Shown: positions 17,313 through 24,000 of the stretch, piece by piece
Layout of the letters: every line of letters starts with the position of its first letter
Numbering within the stretch: position 1 is the stretch's first letter
Assembly (NCBI RefSeq): GCF_051216415.1
Contig: NZ_JBPJZG010000006.1
Coordinates: 206,601-230,600 of the forward strand
Length of the DNA: 24,000 nt
From: Variovorax sp. LT1R20
GTDB taxonomy: Bacteria > Pseudomonadota > Gammaproteobacteria > Burkholderiales > Burkholderiaceae_C
Direction of reading: 5' to 3'
Notes under the pieces: model-generated
Seen by the model: the letters and a program-made list of their open reading frames with translations, nothing else
Told to the model about the DNA's origin: nothing
Database searches by the model: none
Program-made: the position numbers and the translations under genes

Positions 17313-19476
17313 GGTTCTCGTCCTCGGCTTTCTGTGCCGCCGGGCCTTCGAAGTCGTCCACCTGGATGACCTTGTCGGCCGCCCGCAGGTAGGCCAGCGC
17401 CAGTTCCGGGTCGGGCGCCGAACGCGCGGCCTCCTCCAGCGAATTCGTGCGGCGCAGCACCTTGTTGAGCGCGGTCGTCGTGTCGCCGAGTTGCACGCCC
17501 AGCTCCATCGCGTGCATCAGGTCGCGCAGGCCGCCGGCCGCCGGTTCACTGAGGTCGGGCGCCAGGCGCTCGACGATGCGCGGATTCGTACGCAGCAGGT
17601 CCGCCAGTTCGATGAGCTGCACATCGCGCAACGGCGCCAGGTGCGCGGTGCGGCGCAGCACCAGCGCGCCGATCACGCGACGGCCGGCCGTCGGCAGGTT
17701 GGCGTAAAGATCGCGCAGGATCTTGCCGGCCTCGTCGAGCTGCAACCGGATCGCTGCCTGCGCAAACGGCAGCAGCTCGGGCGCCGCATCGACGCGATAG
17801 CGCCAGACGCACGCACTCGCCAGGTACAGGTGCGCGAGCACGTCGCCCAGGCGCGCCGACAGCAACTCCATGCGCTTGAGCTTGCCGCCGAGCATGCCCA
17901 TCGCGAGGTCGGCGGTGAGCGCGTACTTGGCGCTCATGCGCGCGATGAGCCGCGCCTCGCGCGCCAGCGCTTCCGGCGGCGCACCGAGCACCGGTGCGCC
18001 GAACAGGCTGTGCCACAGGTTGACCGCCACATGCTTGCCGTGCGCGATCAGCGCCTTGCCGAGCGCGGTTTCGTCGTTCGCCTGCACGGCGGCCATTTCA
18101 TCGAGCACATGCGGATGGCAGCGCACCGCCCCCTGCCCGAACACGATCAGCGCACGCGTGAGGATGTTCGCGCCCTCCACCGTGATAGCGATCGGTGCCT
18201 GCCGGTAGGCCACGCCGAGCAGGTTCGACGGGCCCGAGATGATGCCCTTGCCGCCGAGGATGTCCATGCCATGGTTGACCGCGCGGCGCCCCGCCTCGGT
18301 GAGCTGCACCTTGAGGATCGCGCTCGCCACGCTGGGCCGCTCGCCCTTGTCGAGCGCGGCGGCGGTGAAGCGCCGCGCCGCATCGCTCGCATAGAGCTCG
18401 GCCGACATCTGCGCGACCAGCCCGGCGATCGCATGGAACTTGCCGACCGGCAGGCCGAACTGCTCGCGGATCTGCCCGTAGCCGTTGCTGACGTACAGCG
18501 CCGTCTGCTGCATCGACGAGCCGAGCGCGGGCAACGAGATCGCGCGGCCCGCGGCCAAGCATTCCATCAGCATGCGCCAGCCCTGGCCGACCTGTTTTTC
18601 GCCGCCGATGATCCACTCCATGGGCACGAAGACCTGGCGCCCGTGGATCGGGCCGTTCATGAAGGCACTGTCCATCGGGCGATGGCGCCGGCCGATCTCC
18701 ATGCCCTCGTGCGGCACGGGAATCAGCGCGCAGGTGATGCCCAGCTCGCGCTGGCCTTCGGGCCGGCTCTCGTCCACCGCATGGAAGGCCAGGCCCACCA
18801 CGGTGGCGACGGGCGCGAGCGTGATGTAGCGCTTGTCGAAATCGACCAGGAAGCCGCGGGTCGGCTTGCCGTTGAACTCGCGCTCGACGATCACGCCGCG
18901 GTCGGGAATCGATGCGGCGTCTGAACCTGCATATGGCGACGTCAGCCCGAAGCACGGCAGCTCGCGGCCATCGGCCAGGCGCGGCAGGTAGTGCTCCTTC
19001 TGCGCGTCGGTGCCGTAGCGCAGCAGCAGCTCGGCCGGGCCGAGCGAGTTGGGCACCATCACCGTGACGGCCGTGGCCACGTTGACGGTGGCGATGCGTG
19101 CCACGACGGTCGCATGCGCGTAGTGGCCGAAGCCGAGGCCGCCGAACTCCTCGGGAATGATCATTCCGAAGAAGCGTTTCTCGCGCAGGAAGCGCCACAC
19201 CTCGGGCGGCAGGTCGTGCGCCTGGTCGATGGCGTGGTCGTCGAGCATGTGGCAAAGGGTGCGCACCTCGTTGTGCAGAAAGGCCTGCTCGCGCTCCGTC
19301 AACTGGTTGGGTCCCATGGCGGCGAGCGCATCGAAATCCGGGCGCCCCGCGAAGAGCTGGCCTTCGAACCCGACGGTGCCGGCCTCCAGCGCCGCACGCT
19401 CGGTGTCGCCCAGCGGCGGCAGCGCCTTCGAGAAAGGCTGCATGGCCCATCGGCCGATCAATGAAGCCAGAGGCAT
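17218..19476 (-). CDS. fadE: Large FadE-type acyl-CoA dehydrogenase
   Basis: 752 aa. The ACAD core includes FFGMIIPEEFGGLG, CFGLTSPYAGSDA and ITVEGANILTR, followed by the long C-terminal helical extension seen in FadE. The MPLASLIG start is preceded by AAGGAG. Confidence 0.9.
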   Translation of the reverse strand: MPLASLIGRWAMQPFSKALPPLGDTERAALEAGTVGFEGQLFAGRPDFDALAAMGPNQLTEREQAFLHNEVRTLCHMLDDHAIDQAHDLPPEVWRFLREKRFFGMIIPEEFGGLGFGHYAHATVVARIATVNVATAVTVMVPNSLGPAELLLRYGTDAQKEHYLPRLADGRELPCFGLTSPYAGSDAASIPDRGVIVEREFNGKPTRGFLVDFDKRYITLAPVATVVGLAFHAVDESRPEGQRELGITCALIPVPHEGMEIGRRHRPMDSAFMNGPIHGRQVFVPMEWIIGGEKQVGQGWRMLMECLAAGRAISLPALGSSMQQTALYVSNGYGQIREQFGLPVGKFHAIAGLVAQMSAELYASDAARRFTAAALDKGERPSVASAILKVQLTEAGRRAVNHGMDILGGKGIISGPSNLLGVAYRQAPIAITVEGANILTRALIVFGQGAVRCHPHVLDEMAAVQANDETALGKALIAHGKHVAVNLWHSLFGAPVLGAPPEALAREARLIARMSAKYALTADLAMGMLGGKLKRMELLSARLGDVLAHLYLASACVWRYRVDAAPELLPFAQAAIRLQLDEAGKILRDLYANLPTAGRRVIGALVLRRTAHLAPLRDVQLIELADLLRTNPRIVERLAPDLSEPAAGGLRDLMHAMELGVQLGDTTTALNKVLRRTNSLEEAARSAPDPELALAYLRAADKVIQVDDFEGPAAQKAEDENLTLPLASPSPSAPPPSAHRPERTTPPPVPAT

Positions 19477-19605
19477 GAGGTCTCCTTCGCCGCGACGGAT
19501 GCGCGGATCGACCTCCATGCTGGACTTCACCGCACCCGCGCAGGGCCGGTCAAGAGCGTTCGTGCGTGTCGGATTCGGGCGCGCCCCCGCCGCCCGCAGG
19601 GTGAT

Positions 19606-20244
19606 TCAGCGGCGCTTGGGCGCCTGTCCGGCCGGAGCCGCGGGAGCTGCTGGAGCCGACGCGGCGGCGGGCGTCGAAGGGTCCCGCCAGCCGTATTCGA
19701 CGTAGCGGCGGATCACGAGGCAGCCCGGCGGCGAATCGATCAGCGAGACCGACGAGGTCGGCTCCTTGGGATCGGTGTAGACCGCGTAGATGGGCAGCAG
19801 GCGCGTCATCTGGTAGTCCTTGAGTTCCTGCTCTGCGACGCTCTGGCAGGTGAAAGGCGCGACCGAGATGCGTTCGGCCGACACAGTGCAACTGCCGCTG
19901 TCGCCGGGAATCGCGGTGATCGAGGCGGCCACGCCGGCGTTCGGGTACTGGATGCCGACCAGCGAGAACATCGGGCCGTCGTCGGGGCGCTTGCGGTCCC
20001 AGTCGAGCAGCACGTCGTGGCCGCGGCTGCCCTGCACGGTGAGCGTCGCGAGCCGCGTGATGGCGGGCAGACAGCGCTTGATGCCCACGCTGGTGGCGGC
20101 GCGCGTGAGCGTGTCCTGCGGCGCTGCGGCCGGCGCCTGGGGCACCAGCACGCCCTGCGCGAGCGCGGTGCCGGCCATGGCCCAGGCGGCCACCGTCGCC
20201 ACCGCAGAGAGCAGCCGCGCGAATCGTTGTGTTGCTGTCTTCAT
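19606..20244 (-). CDS. Exported protein of unknown function (Sec signal peptide; Ala/Pro-rich tail)
   Basis: MKTATQRFARLLSAVATVAAWAMAGTALA-QG reads as a signal peptide. The C-terminal tail is low-complexity (PAAASAPAAPAAPAGQAPKRR). The gene starts 23 nt after the DUF2827-like gene stop on the same strand. Confidence 0.6.
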   Translation of the reverse strand: MKTATQRFARLLSAVATVAAWAMAGTALAQGVLVPQAPAAAPQDTLTRAATSVGIKRCLPAITRLATLTVQGSRGHDVLLDWDRKRPDDGPMFSLVGIQYPNAGVAASITAIPGDSGSCTVSAERISVAPFTCQSVAEQELKDYQMTRLLPIYAVYTDPKEPTSSVSLIDSPPGCLVIRRYVEYGWRDPSTPAAASAPAAPAAPAGQAPKRR

Positions 20245-20267
20245 CCGGGTCCTCTTCTCACGCGTAC

Positions 20268-21419
20268 TCACGCGTAAAGGCTCTCGATGGCGGCGGTGTA
20301 GATGCGCACGTTCTCCTCACCCTCGGGATCGAGCTTCGCGACGAGCTGGCGTGCGCGCTCGCGATAGGCCGGCAGGTTGGCATCGTGCGTGGCAAAGGCC
20401 TCCTGCAGCGCGCGGCCACCCTCCTCGCAGTCGAAGTCGTGGTAACGGTAGCCGCAGTCGCCGATGAGGTGCGAGTTGTGGATCAGCGGGTAGCCGCCGT
20501 AGAGCGCCTCGTAGTAGAGGTAGTTCTGCCCGTTCTCCCAGTGGTGCGCGAAGACGGCGTCGACGTTGCCCGGCAGCACCTGGTACAGCGGGAAGCGCCC
20601 CTCGAAGGTGGCCAGGCCGTGCTGCACGATGTTCAGGCTCTGCGCGAAGCCGACGAACAGCGGCTTCTCCTTGAGGTGAAAGCTGTTGTAGACCCACACC
20701 CGCTCGAGCAGTCGGGGCTGCGCACGGTGCGCCGCCTCGCAGCCGAGCATGGGAATGAAGCTGGTCTTCACCATGCAGATGTTGGGCTCGAAGATGGCCA
20801 CGCGCCAATGCTTGCGCCCCGGCTCGTAGTCGAAACGCTTGTCGTCCCCGGCACGCGCCATGGCCTTCTCCAGCACCATCGGGCTCCAGAGATGCGGCAT
20901 CAGCCGCACCGGCGCGCGGAAGGTGCTCGCAAAGTACGGCTTGCACGACACCTCGTACTCCGGCAGCGTCCAGACTTCGTCGTAAGGCGCGCCCGAGACG
21001 AGCATGCCGTGCGGCTTGTTGAAGATCATGCGTTCGATGTCGATCACGTAGTCGTTGCCCACGCGCATCGAGACGATCTTGCCGCCGCGTTCCTTGAACG
21101 CCACCGACCATTCGCGCGCCAGCTGCGCGCTCATCTCGATCATGAGATCGAGCTCTTGCGCGGCGGTGGCCATGTCGATGATCGGCACGGGCGAATCGGC
21201 CAGGAAGTTGGTGGCGTCCGCCGGGCCGCCGTCGCCGCCGCCCGCCACCAGCACCGTGCTGGCCACGCGCGGCGAGCGCATCAGGAGCATCACGAGGAAC
21301 AGGCAGTTCTGGTAGACGCCGTTTTCCCAGAGGCTCTGCTCGCCCTTGCGGATGAAGATAGAAACGCCGACCCGGAGTTTTGCGGGCATGGCTGAAGGGG
21401 AGTTCTGCATTTCGCTCAT
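20268..21419 (-). CDS. DUF2827-like protein, paralog 2 (family assignment from memory)
   Basis: 383 aa. It is clearly paralogous to the upstream gene, sharing LWENG..QNCLFL, VAIFEPNICMVK and HHWENGQNYLYYEALYGGYPLIHNS. ATG 21419 overlaps the upstream stop (ATGA). Alternative starts are at 21410 and 21389. Confidence 0.7.
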   Translation of the reverse strand: MSEMQNSPSAMPAKLRVGVSIFIRKGEQSLWENGVYQNCLFLVMLLMRSPRVASTVLVAGGGDGGPADATNFLADSPVPIIDMATAAQELDLMIEMSAQLAREWSVAFKERGGKIVSMRVGNDYVIDIERMIFNKPHGMLVSGAPYDEVWTLPEYEVSCKPYFASTFRAPVRLMPHLWSPMVLEKAMARAGDDKRFDYEPGRKHWRVAIFEPNICMVKTSFIPMLGCEAAHRAQPRLLERVWVYNSFHLKEKPLFVGFAQSLNIVQHGLATFEGRFPLYQVLPGNVDAVFAHHWENGQNYLYYEALYGGYPLIHNSHLIGDCGYRYHDFDCEEGGRALQEAFATHDANLPAYRERARQLVAKLDPEGEENVRIYTAAIESLYA

Positions 21420-22567
21420 GCGGCTTTCCTCACGCCGTCGGCACGGAATGCGGGGTCGCCGCCCACGAGATGGAGCAGCCGCCGTGCATAGCCATCGATG
21501 TTTGCCTGATGCAGCGGATCGATCGCATCGAACATGCGCTGGCTGCGGGCGCGGTAGTCGTCCAGTTGCGCATCGTGCCCGCGTACCGCCTGCAGCAGCT
21601 GGTCGGTACCGGCGGCGATGTCGAAATCGGGGTAGTAGTAACCGGCATCGCGCAGCCAGGGCGAGTTGTGCACGAGCGGGTAGTTGCCGTACAGCGCGTC
21701 GAGATAGCTGTAGTTCTGGTCGTTCTGCCACTGGTGCGACACCACCGCATCGGCAAACTGCACCATGAACCCCGCGAAGTCGTGTCGCCCATGGAAGATG
21801 GCCTTGTGCTGGCGCACGATGTCCAGCGAGTTCGCCATGTAGAGCATCGTCGCGTGGTCCTTCAGGTGCAGGGTGTTGAGCACCTGCATCGAGGTCACGG
21901 CGTTCGGATCGACGCGGTAGGCACCGTCGCAGATCAGCATGGGCACGCTGCTGGACTTCACCACCGAGATGTTGGGCTCGAAGATCGCCACGCGGAAGCC
22001 GGGCTGCTCGGCGGTGCGCGGCGTGTAGCCGAAGCGATAGCCCGACGCCGCCACTTCGGTCACGCGCTGGTCCAGGAACTGCGGCGACCAGAGGTACGGG
22101 ACTTCATGCACCGGGCAACGGTGCAGGGTCCGCATCATCGGTGCGAAGACGCCATCCTTGGGCAGCAGCCAGACCTCGTCGCAGCGGTCGGGCTTGCTGA
22201 AGTGGCCCTTGTCGCTGAACACGATCGGCTCGGCCAGCGCCACGAAGGGTTGCCCCACGCAATGGAAGACGGCACGCCCGCCGCAGGCGCGGAAGTACGA
22301 GAGCCATTGCACGTCGAGCGCGCCGGCCATCTCGATGACCACGTCCAGCGCATCGGTCAGCTCGCGGGCGCGACCGATGGCAAGGCCCATGGCGGACAGG
22401 TCGACCTGCGGCGGCATGGCCTGCTGGTCGCCCGCATCGACCAGCGTGACGGACTCGACAAAGTCGATGCGTTGCAGCAGCCGGGCGAGAAACAGGACGT
22501 TCTGCCCCATCCCATTTTCCCAGATGTTCTGCCCCGCGTGAGTGAGGACTGAAATACCAATGCGCAT
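21416..22567 (-). CDS. DUF2827-like protein, paralog 1 (family assignment from memory)
   Basis: 383 aa starting MRIGISVLTHAGQNIWENGMGQNVLFL. It also has VAIFEPNISVVK and SHQWQNDQNYSYLDALYGNYPLVHNS. GC3 is high. Confidence 0.7.
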   Translation of the reverse strand: MRIGISVLTHAGQNIWENGMGQNVLFLARLLQRIDFVESVTLVDAGDQQAMPPQVDLSAMGLAIGRARELTDALDVVIEMAGALDVQWLSYFRACGGRAVFHCVGQPFVALAEPIVFSDKGHFSKPDRCDEVWLLPKDGVFAPMMRTLHRCPVHEVPYLWSPQFLDQRVTEVAASGYRFGYTPRTAEQPGFRVAIFEPNISVVKSSSVPMLICDGAYRVDPNAVTSMQVLNTLHLKDHATMLYMANSLDIVRQHKAIFHGRHDFAGFMVQFADAVVSHQWQNDQNYSYLDALYGNYPLVHNSPWLRDAGYYYPDFDIAAGTDQLLQAVRGHDAQLDDYRARSQRMFDAIDPLHQANIDGYARRLLHLVGGDPAFRADGVRKAA

Positions 22568-22584
22568 GGGGGTGAGTGTGTACC

Positions 22585-22620
22585 AAAAAAAATGGCTCCC
22601 GCACCATCGGCGCGGGAGCC
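22585..22620 (-). terminator. Rho-independent terminator downstream of the adhesin gene
   Basis: The minus strand reads GGCTCCCGC-GCCGATGGT-GCGGGAGCC followed by ATTTTTTTTGG. That is a 9-bp GC-rich stem, a 9-nt loop and a T8 tract, 30 nt after the TAA stop at 22651. Confidence 0.85.
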
Positions 22621-22650
22621 ACGTTGCTGCAGCTACTCTAGTTCAGTGGC

Positions 22651-24000
22651 TTATTTCCACTTCCAGCCGATGCCGGCGTTCACGCCCCACTCCTTGCCGG
22701 TGGTGGACAGACCCGCGCCCCAGGACATCTTGCCGTCATCCGACAGGGCCTTGAAGGTCAGCGCCACGGCGCTGTAGCCCTTGTAGTTGCCGAAGCCCAC
22801 GCCCACGGTCTTCTCACCCGGGTAGAGCGTCGGCAGGTAGGTGCCCGACATCGCAAAGGCCATCGCCGAGCCTGAGTAGGCAATGCGCGCCACTTCGCCG
22901 ACCTGGCCCTGGACCTGGTTCAGCTGCTGCACGTTGACCGCGTCGCCCGGCAGGATGCCCGGTGCCACGTTCGAGATGCGCGTGCCGCCCGGCGCCTGGC
23001 CGCCACCCAGCGTGATCTGGTTGTAGTTGACCGACCCGTCGGGGTTGGTCGCGTACTGCACGCTGCTGGCCTTGGCTGCGGTCGATGCGGCCTTCAGTTG
23101 CGCGACGTTGGTCGCATCGCTGTCGGCCGAGCCGGCCGCCACACCGGTGATCTGGCGGAACTGGCCGTTGGCTGCGTCGCCCACGGACACTGCGGCTTGC
23201 GTGCTGGTCGTGGCTCTGATGGCTGCTTCCTGCTCCGCGTTCGCACTGCCGGGGATGTAGCCGACGATGCCCGCTGCGGTCGTCGCCTTGGACCCCGCGC
23301 CCAGCGCCACGCCACCGCTTTGCGTGACCAGCGAGCCGAAGCCGATGGCCGTGCCTTGCGAGATGTTCTGCGCCTTGCTCAGCACCGTGCCGCCGGCATC
23401 GGCCTTGTCGCCCAACGCCACGCCACCGCCACCTGCGCGGGAATCGACGCCGATCGCCTGCGAGCCGGTCGCCAGGGCGCCCGAACCGATCGCGATAGCG
23501 TTGGCCCCCGTGGCCTGCGCGCCGAAGCCGATGGCGACTGCGCCGTCGGCCGTTGCCTTCGCACCGTTGCCGGCGGCGAAGGAGTTGGCGCCGCTGGCCA
23601 GCGACTGCGGCCCGATTGCCACGGCTTCCTGACCGATTGCCTGGGAGTCGGCCGCCGTCGAGTTGGCGTGGAAGTACTTGGTGCCCTTGTCGTTGATCGT
23701 GTTGACCGTCGTGCTCAGGCTGCTGATGCTGCTCGTGGCGGTGCTCAGGCCCGTGGAGGTCGAAGTCGACAAGCTGGCCAGGCCGCTGGTCGAGCCGCTC
23801 ACGCTGGTGGACAGACTGTTGAGGCTGCTGTTGGTCGTGCTCAGGCCCGTCGACAGGCTCGAGATACCGCTGGTGGCAGTGCTCAGTCCGCTTGACGTGG
23901 ACGTCGACAGGCTGTTGACGTTGCTGTTCGTCGTGCTCAGGCCGGTCGACAAGCTGCCGACGCTGCTGGTCACGGTGCTCAGGCCGGTCGACAGGCTGCC
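22651..24000 (-). CDS. Trimeric autotransporter adhesin (YadA-like), C-terminal part; 5' end outside the window
   Basis: The C-terminal YadA-type membrane anchor reads AYSGSAMAFAMSG...GVGFGNYKGYSAVALTFKA...NAGIGWKWK. Head-type repeats are present (KYFHANS, AVAIG, AFAAG, AIAIG). A Ser/Thr-rich SLSTGLSTTNS stalk continues in frame to the window edge. Confidence 0.9.
   Translation of the reverse strand, partial: GSLSTGLSTVTSSVGSLSTGLSTTNSNVNSLSTSTSSGLSTATSGISSLSTGLSTTNSSLNSLSTSVSGSTSGLASLSTSTSTGLSTATSSISSLSTTVNTINDKGTKYFHANSTAADSQAIGQEAVAIGPQSLASGANSFAAGNGAKATADGAVAIGFGAQATGANAIAIGSGALATGSQAIGVDSRAGGGGVALGDKADAGGTVLSKAQNISQGTAIGFGSLVTQSGGVALGAGSKATTAAGIVGYIPGSANAEQEAAIRATTSTQAAVSVGDAANGQFRQITGVAAGSADSDATNVAQLKAASTAAKASSVQYATNPDGSVNYNQITLGGGQAPGGTRISNVAPGILPGDAVNVQQLNQVQGQVGEVARIAYSGSAMAFAMSGTYLPTLYPGEKTVGVGFGNYKGYSAVALTFKALSDDGKMSWGAGLSTTGKEWGVNAGIGWKWK
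23700..24000 (-). repeat. In-frame tandem coding repeats of the adhesin stalk (about 96-nt / 32-aa period with 14-18 aa subrepeats)
   Basis: Copies of the unit GTGCTCAGGCC(C/G)GT(C/G)GACA(A/G)GCT start near 23741, 23836, 23933 and 23974 (the copy at 23741 is degenerate). They encode SLSTGLSTTNSxxNSLSTSxSSGLSTATSxIS-type units. Confidence 0.7.

Noticed and set aside
15786-17392. 504-aa minus-strand ORF (15786-17300) and 474-aa plus-strand ORF (15968-17392) spanning the membrane-protein/regulator region
   Set aside because: Both have Arg/Gly/Ala-rich, low-information translations. They conflict with better-supported genes that have RBSs and recognisable domains.
20257-20276. 10-bp tandem duplication CTCACGCGTA x2 spanning the stop codon of the DUF2827-like gene
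   Set aside because: It is a real direct repeat. However, removing one copy leaves the same C-terminus and stop codon, so no functional consequence is evident.
20229-22552. Plus-strand ORFs of 388 and 390 aa opposite the two DUF2827-like genes
   Set aside because: Their composition is the shadow-ORF type. The minus-strand proteins are mutually paralogous, which supports the minus strand as coding.
23700-24000. Adhesin repeats as a CRISPR-like or non-coding satellite array
   Set aside because: The repeats are in frame, imperfect, have no unique spacers and encode a typical TAA Ser/Thr stalk.

Overview
High-GC (roughly two-thirds G+C) proteobacterial chromosomal segment. Gene content and codon usage look like Burkholderiales/Comamonadaceae, which is an inference only. 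Most of the window is housekeeping. It holds the argF 3' end, a YkgJ-like Cys-cluster protein, a kynB-kynU-kynA tryptophan-to-anthranilate operon and an FAD monooxygenase. It also holds a feoA-feoB-Cys-rich-membrane-protein operon, a YfcE-like phosphoesterase, a membrane-anchored C13 peptidase and acnA. Further on are an MmyB-like regulator divergent from a small membrane protein and a FadE-type acyl-CoA dehydrogenase. The window ends with a minus-strand cluster: a trimeric autotransporter adhesin, two tandem DUF2827-like paralogs and a small exported protein. The stand-out is a two-gene insert between kynA and the convergent monooxygenase (about 3935-6877). It has three parts. (1) A strongly structured leader is bracketed by a perfect 13-bp inverted repeat and is a candidate retron msr-msd. 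(2) A retron-type reverse transcriptase carries an unusual N-terminal extension. (3) A SUKH (SMI1/KNR4)-like plus ankyrin-like protein has no recognisable enzymatic domain. I do not recognise that partner architecture from described retron effector types. All long ORFs antisense to or out of frame with the calls below are treated as high-GC shadow ORFs. No rRNA, tRNA, CRISPR array or transposase was seen.
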